From NCBI RefSeq assembly GCF_009914755.1, contig NC_060944.1: DNA of 64,000 nt; one strand, given 5' to 3'. A model generated the notes under the pieces. The model saw only the letters and a list, made by a program, of their open reading frames with translations. It had not been told where the DNA came from and searched no databases. Position 1 is the first letter of the stretch. Each line of letters starts with the position of its first letter. Positions 54,356 to 64,000 of this stretch are shown here, in pieces. This stretch comes from the human T2T-CHM13v2.0 reference genome, Homo sapiens. Made by a program: the position numbers and the translations under genes.

Positions 54356-54819
54356 TTTCCTGGTAAATTTTTCCTCTCCTCCGTGTTTGAGTTCTATCCA
54401 TTTCACATTTCTATTACCGAACGTGTTTATTTCTTCTATGTTTTTTCCAGCCATTATTGGCAGTTTTGTCTATTTTAATGGTATTTTTAAAATACAAACT
54501 TTTAGTTTTATTTGGCAATTTTAGTGTTTCTTTTTTTCTAATTCACTAATTTCAACTACTTTCTTCAATTATCCTCTACTTTCTCTTTACTTACTTTGCT
54601 GTTTTGTTCCAGTTTCTTAGGTTCAAGCCTTAGTTAATTTGCTTTCAAGTATTCACATGTATATATTAAAGCATTGGTAAGAATTTATTTACAACTGTTC
54701 ATTATAGAGATGTTGATGTCCCGAGCAATAGTGGTCATGATCCCTAGATGTGGAGGAAAGAAGGGGGGAAGGCTGAGGTTAATCAGTAGGGTTCTGGTAA
54801 AGCATGGTCTTTCAAGCTA

Positions 54820-54851
54820 CATGGCTGGGTACCCAAGAACTTAACTGTTCT
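54820..54851 (+). promoter_or_regulatory. Promoter element homologous to that of SPINT4 (palindrome plus ARE-like AGAACT-taac-TGTTCT)
   Basis: CATGGCTGGGTACCCAAG identical to 28487-28504. Confidence 0.55.
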
Positions 54852-55014
54852 GCTCACAAGGCTGATTCTGGATGCACCAGAACTCTGCCCAGGCTTAAGC
54901 CCTGGAAAGATAAAAATCAGAGATATGAATTCAACTCCTCACATGAGAAGGACAGCCAACCCTTCAGATATTTCAGCCAAGTCCGGGATTCTTCTATCTG
55001 CTGTCTGCAACATC

Positions 55015-55141
55015 ATGAAGCCTGAATGGGCTCACTTTTCTCTATGGCTCCTCATCTTGTCCATGCTTCTCCACACACCTTCAGGGAACATATTTCCTCC
55101 ACAACTCAGAAAACAGTTATGTGAAAGTGGACATCTTGGAG
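55015..55141 (+). CDS. SPINT5P: SPINT5 locus exon 1 (signal peptide MKPEWAHFSLWLLILSMLLHTPSG, then NIFPPQLRKQLCESGHLG)
   Basis: ATCATGA Kozak, hydrophobic leader, phase-1 donor GAG|GTAAAG; same architecture as SPINT4 exon 1. Confidence 0.8.
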
Positions 55142-55674
55142 GTAAAGAAAAACAGAAAGGGCAGACCAATGTGACACTGTGAAGGAGAGGGAGGTCTGGG
55201 CAGCCTGGGTGATGTTGCTGCCAGTAATTAGAATCAAGTCCCCTTTTTATCTCAAACCGTATGGCTCTAGGACATCTGATTCAGAGAATTACATTGAGTT
55301 TCCTCTATGGAGTGGAGAAGGAGGAAGACAGAAAGCAGAATCAACTTAAGTTTTAACCATGAGATTTCAGTATAAGAGTGGGGGTTATGAAAATGGGATT
55401 GATTTCAGAGGTGTCCAAGAAATTCCTTTGTTGGGGTGTGTGTCTGTACATTAGATGAGTTTTGAGTCTATTCAACACATATGTGTAGAACCACTATGTT
55501 ATATTCCACTGATACAGATATGCAGAGGCCATCATTCCCCCATATATGTATAGAGCACTCCTATCCTACTTATTTAAATTAATTTGTTCTTCATTCAAAT
55601 TAACATGAGCATCTGTGAAACACTCAAGGCAAAAGGGGCAAGTTCCCAATCATGGATAAGAATTGCAGTTGGGC

Positions 55675-55980
55675 GGCCAGGCGCAGTAGCTCACCCTTGT
55701 AATCCCAGCACTTTGGGAGGCCAAGGCAGGCGGATCACCTGAGGTCAGGAGTTTGAGAACAGCCTGTCCAATGTGGCGAAACCCCATCTGTACTAAAAAT
55801 ACAAAAATTAGCCGGGTGTGGTGGCGCATGCCTGTAGTCCCAGCTACTCGGGAGGCTGAGGCACAAGAATCACTTGAACCCAGGCAGCAGAGGTTGCAGT
55901 GAGAGCCGTGATAGCGCCACTACACTCCCTCCTGGGCAACAGAGCGAGGCTCCATCTCAATTAAAAAAAAAATGTAAAAA
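55675..55980 (+). mobile_element. Alu in SPINT5 intron 1
   Basis: TSD AAGAATTGYAGTTGGGC. Confidence 0.95.
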
Positions 55981-56039
55981 AGAATTGTAGTTGGGCTTCA
56001 AGAAGACTAACATTAACTCTTTCTCTGTCTCCAACTCAG

Positions 56040-56092
56040 TCATCATGGCTTCTGCTCTAACCACTTAATCTCCATGGTCTCAGTAAAACCAG
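56040..56092 (+). other. Candidate 53-nt cassette (poison) exon in SPINT5 intron 1
   Basis: Branch ACTAAC 56006-56011, pyrimidine tract, CAG|; donor CAG|GTGAGT; in-frame TAA at 56066-56068. Confidence 0.6.
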
Positions 56093-56643
56093 GTGAGTCT
56101 GGATGGGTAGGCAAAAGTGGGGCTGGATAGGAGAGGAAACAGACTGATGGAGGAAAGGAAGATCTGCCAGAGTGGACATTTTAAACCTGTCCTTCAGAGT
56201 AGGTGTAGTGGGTGAGAGGTCTTTTTAGCTTGTGTATTTGCACAGACTCTGGCAGGCAGAGAGGAGAGAGTGAAAGTAAGGGCTCTGAACTGTGTCCTTG
56301 AGGAAGCTGATGAGTTGTTCACTTCCAGTGACATGGGAAGCATGTGGAGTCAAGAAATGGGATATCTTTACTGCGAAAGATGAAGGAAACCTCAGGTCTT
56401 TCTTGTTCTCAGCTCTAAAATAGTATAAGTACCTCATTGTGCTTCTCTATTTCTCTCTGTGTCATGGACCCAGTCTGTAGTCTGGAACAATTTCCCCATA
56501 TGCTTAGGGAACTCTGTCTTGTTCCCCAGGGGTAAAATTAGTTAGATTTATGTGGGTTGGAAGTTTTAGTAGTCTGAGCCTGTGAGAACAAGAATGCCAA
56601 AAGAGTAGTAAAGAAAACCTGACTCTGGAATTCTCATTCACAG

Positions 56644-56812
56644 AATACTGCAACTATCCTCCGAAGAAGGGCACCTGTAATTCATATTTGACCAGATTCT
56701 ACTACAACACTTTGACATTTTTATGTGAGCCCTTTGTCTTCAGTGGCTGTGGAGGCAACAGAAACAACTTTAAACAGAAATATTTCTGTGAAAAAATGTG
56801 TATTACTGAAAA
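56644..56812 (+). CDS. SPINT5P: SPINT5 locus exon 2, intact Kunitz domain (absent from the ORF track)
   Basis: Acceptor TTCTCATTCACAG|; EYCNYPPKKGTCNSYLTRFYYNTLTFLCEPFVFSGCGGNRNNFKQKYFCEKMCITE with C-x8-C-x15-C-x7-C-x12-C-x3-C; donor AA|GTAAGT. Confidence 0.9.
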
Positions 56813-57061
56813 GTAAGTCTCTGGATATCTTACCCAACCCTCAATGACACCAAACACTAGGGATCAAAGCTTTTTAAGGAAAAAGGAAATGAAAGGCAAG
56901 GGCAATGAGCAGGGAGGCAAGAAATTATACCTAAGTTAGGGATAGCCTGTCATAGGTATTAATTTCTCAGGTCACTTAAATGTCACTATAATCAGTCATA
57001 GGCATAAGTTTTTCAGGTAACTTAGTTTAATAACATTCTTGAAATTGTGAAAATTGAAGTT

Positions 57062-57599
<538 letters not shown>

Positions 57600-58020
57600 T
57601 CAGAAGAAGGACATGGATCCAGAGCTCCTAGCTCCCCACCAGCATCTCAGTACTACCAGGATGGCATCAGCTTTTTGAGATTGTGTTCAACATCTTATTG
57701 TTTCACAGTTAAATGGAAAGCTATGAGAATGTCAGAAGAGTAGGAGAAGACAAGGATCATGGTTTAGTATCCACTATAAAGAATAGCTAAACAATGGTCT
57801 TACACGCAAGAGCAGAGATATCACTTTATTCATCTGTATATTCTCAAAGTCTAGTACTATGTTTGCCCATTAATATTTTATGGATAGATGCATGGGTCAG
57901 GAGGAATATTAGTATTAAAGAGAGCTGTGAAGTTCTGCTGAGATGTTAAGGACCCATTGTTTGGGTCCTTATTGATACCAATGGCCATAATATTCTCTAA
58001 ATTTATTTATTCATTAACAG

Positions 58021-58036
58021 GGACCAAAGTCAATAG
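58021..58036 (+). CDS. SPINT5P: SPINT5 locus exon 3 coding part (K-D-Q-S-Q-stop)
   Basis: Acceptor TTTATTTATTCATTAACAG|; 127+169+16=312 nt = 103 aa plus TAG; AATAAA 58116-58121; downstream sequence resembles the SPINT4 3' UTR. Confidence 0.7.
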
Positions 58037-59705
58037 GGCCTTAATATGACAGAAGGAGGAAACAAGGAAAAAGGAGTATGCTCTATGAAAAATCATGCCA
58101 AAGTTATTCTGAGAAAATAAATTGGATTATTTCTAAAAGATTTTTGAATTCTGAATTCTTTCTAATTTCCTTGCCCAGGTTTACCTTTCATACTAATTAG
58201 ATATATAAAACTTTAACTGAAAATTTTCTGTATGTCAGCTCTGGTCTGAATTTATTCATCTCTCCCATTCTAGATTCTTCCAACATATACTGCAAATGAC
58301 CTCTCTGCAGGGACCAACCTATCCATGTAATGCATCAGTGTGTGTAAAGGCAATCATTATTGATATCTCCTCGGCATGACATGCCAAACCTGAGTTTCTT
58401 TCTGTATTTTGTCACTGACCTCAGTGGGATTTGCATGTAGGTGGCACCAAGATAATCATTATTAAATTCTTTCACCTGCTCCAAATCAAAGGGCATTCAA
58501 CCCACAAAAGTGATCATATTCTAGGGAAATATCTTCAGTGCCCCAGCTACAAGCCATATGGAAATTGTGACTTTACAGCTGAGAGCTATGAGTCTTGAAC
58601 CAAAGTGAACCTCTACTCTCAGAGCATGAAGGGCCACTCCCTTCTTCTCTGTCTTATTCATATTCTTGTCAAGGACTAAGCCTCACAAATGAATCTATTG
58701 ATATAAATAGCTTATGCCAGTGTTCTAAGGGCCATAAACAGTAGAATAAACTGAAGCTCAGAGTGAAGCCACTTGTGGGTATTCTAGCTCGATCTCAACA
58801 CTGGCAACCCCTAATCCTGAATTATGGGCATATCCTAGGAGAAATCATGGGAATTAGCAAAAAGTATGTGTTAAAGATGTCACCTAGTTCTGCTTCCAGG
58901 AATTACTCCTGTGCAAAAAAGGGACAAAGGAAACAAGAATGTTCTGGTAGCTTCTAGGTATTGAGGCAAAGTCTAGAATCTCAGACCATGCTGTGTCTTG
59001 GGCCTGAATGTCATGGTGCCTATTCATGGATTCTGAAGATTTTCCTTCCTCTGATTACTGTAAAAAACAGTGTTACATAAACAAGATTCAAGTGCAATTT
59101 TTTAAGTCTTTCAAAACTATAGTCTAGTCCAAAGAATTAATATAAGTAAAATATTCTCTGGAGACAAAGAATTACCGACAATGATGACCCAAAGTTCATT
59201 CTAGCCTCAAGTTTTCAGATTTCTTCTGGGCACTTGAGTAATTGCCCAAGTTTCTTTCTCAATCAATCCTATATTTGCATCTAAGAAAAAGGTATGTGTG
59301 TACTGTCTGTAGTGCTGAAGGAATATTTTATAATTACCCACAAAGATTAGTAAAAAGGCCCAAAGATATATGTGCATTGCAGACCTTCATAGAAAACCAC
59401 ATACCCAAGGACTAATACAGGACACAAATCCACAAGAAACCCAAGTGGATTTCACATTAAATTCAAGTGAGATATTTTGAGGAGAAAGTCACAGATAGAA
59501 GAGTAACAAAGATAAAAATATAAACCAAAACCTCAGAGTACAAACCAAAGACAGAATGAAAAGATTTTGGTTCTGACTCTAGCCTCTTCCCCTGAGTCAT
59601 ATCTTACCACTGGAGAAACTGAAAGGAAAAGATCCCATTACATATGAGATGGAAATTAAAAGTGGTTTAAGAAGATTCTGATTTCTCGTTTAAAAAGCCC
59701 CAAAG

Positions 59706-60446
<741 letters not shown>

Positions 60447-60469
60447 GGTGGTGGGGAGAAGAAAAAAAA

Positions 60470-64000
<3,531 letters not shown>

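Noticed and set aside
54925-55182. 85-aa ORF as the SPINT5 product
   Set aside because: It is exon 1 with an upstream ATG and read-through into intron 1; ATG 55015 matches SPINT4 and starts the signal peptide

Overview
Human (primate) genomic DNA from the epididymal WFDC/SPINT protease-inhibitor cluster, recognised as 20q13.12. It is mostly Alu, L1 and LTR repeats. Genes reconstructed from splice signals: WFDC13 (+, 93 aa, one WAP domain); two minus-strand 5' exons of WFDC10B, one lying wholly inside WFDC13 coding exon 2 so that both strands appear to code; the MIR3617 hairpin (-); SPINT4 (+, 99 aa, Kunitz domain lacking one canonical Cys); and a second three-exon Kunitz gene at 55015-58036, the locus I recall being annotated as the pseudogene SPINT5P. 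That locus has an uninterrupted 103-aa ORF with a signal peptide, all six Kunitz cysteines, canonical GT-AG introns and a polyA signal. It also has a strong 53-nt candidate poison exon in intron 1 and a promoter element shared with SPINT4, whose ARE-like motif has a 1-nt longer spacer. Other contents: a 5'-truncated HNRNPA1 retrocopy, a 171-nt FOLR1 retrocopy fragment with target-site duplications, a solo LTR12 with nine CCAAT boxes, a full-length old L1PA, and a 33-bp AT-rich minisatellite that explains the longest ORFs. Gene and repeat names come from recognising the sequence, not from a database search. Repeat boundaries are approximate.
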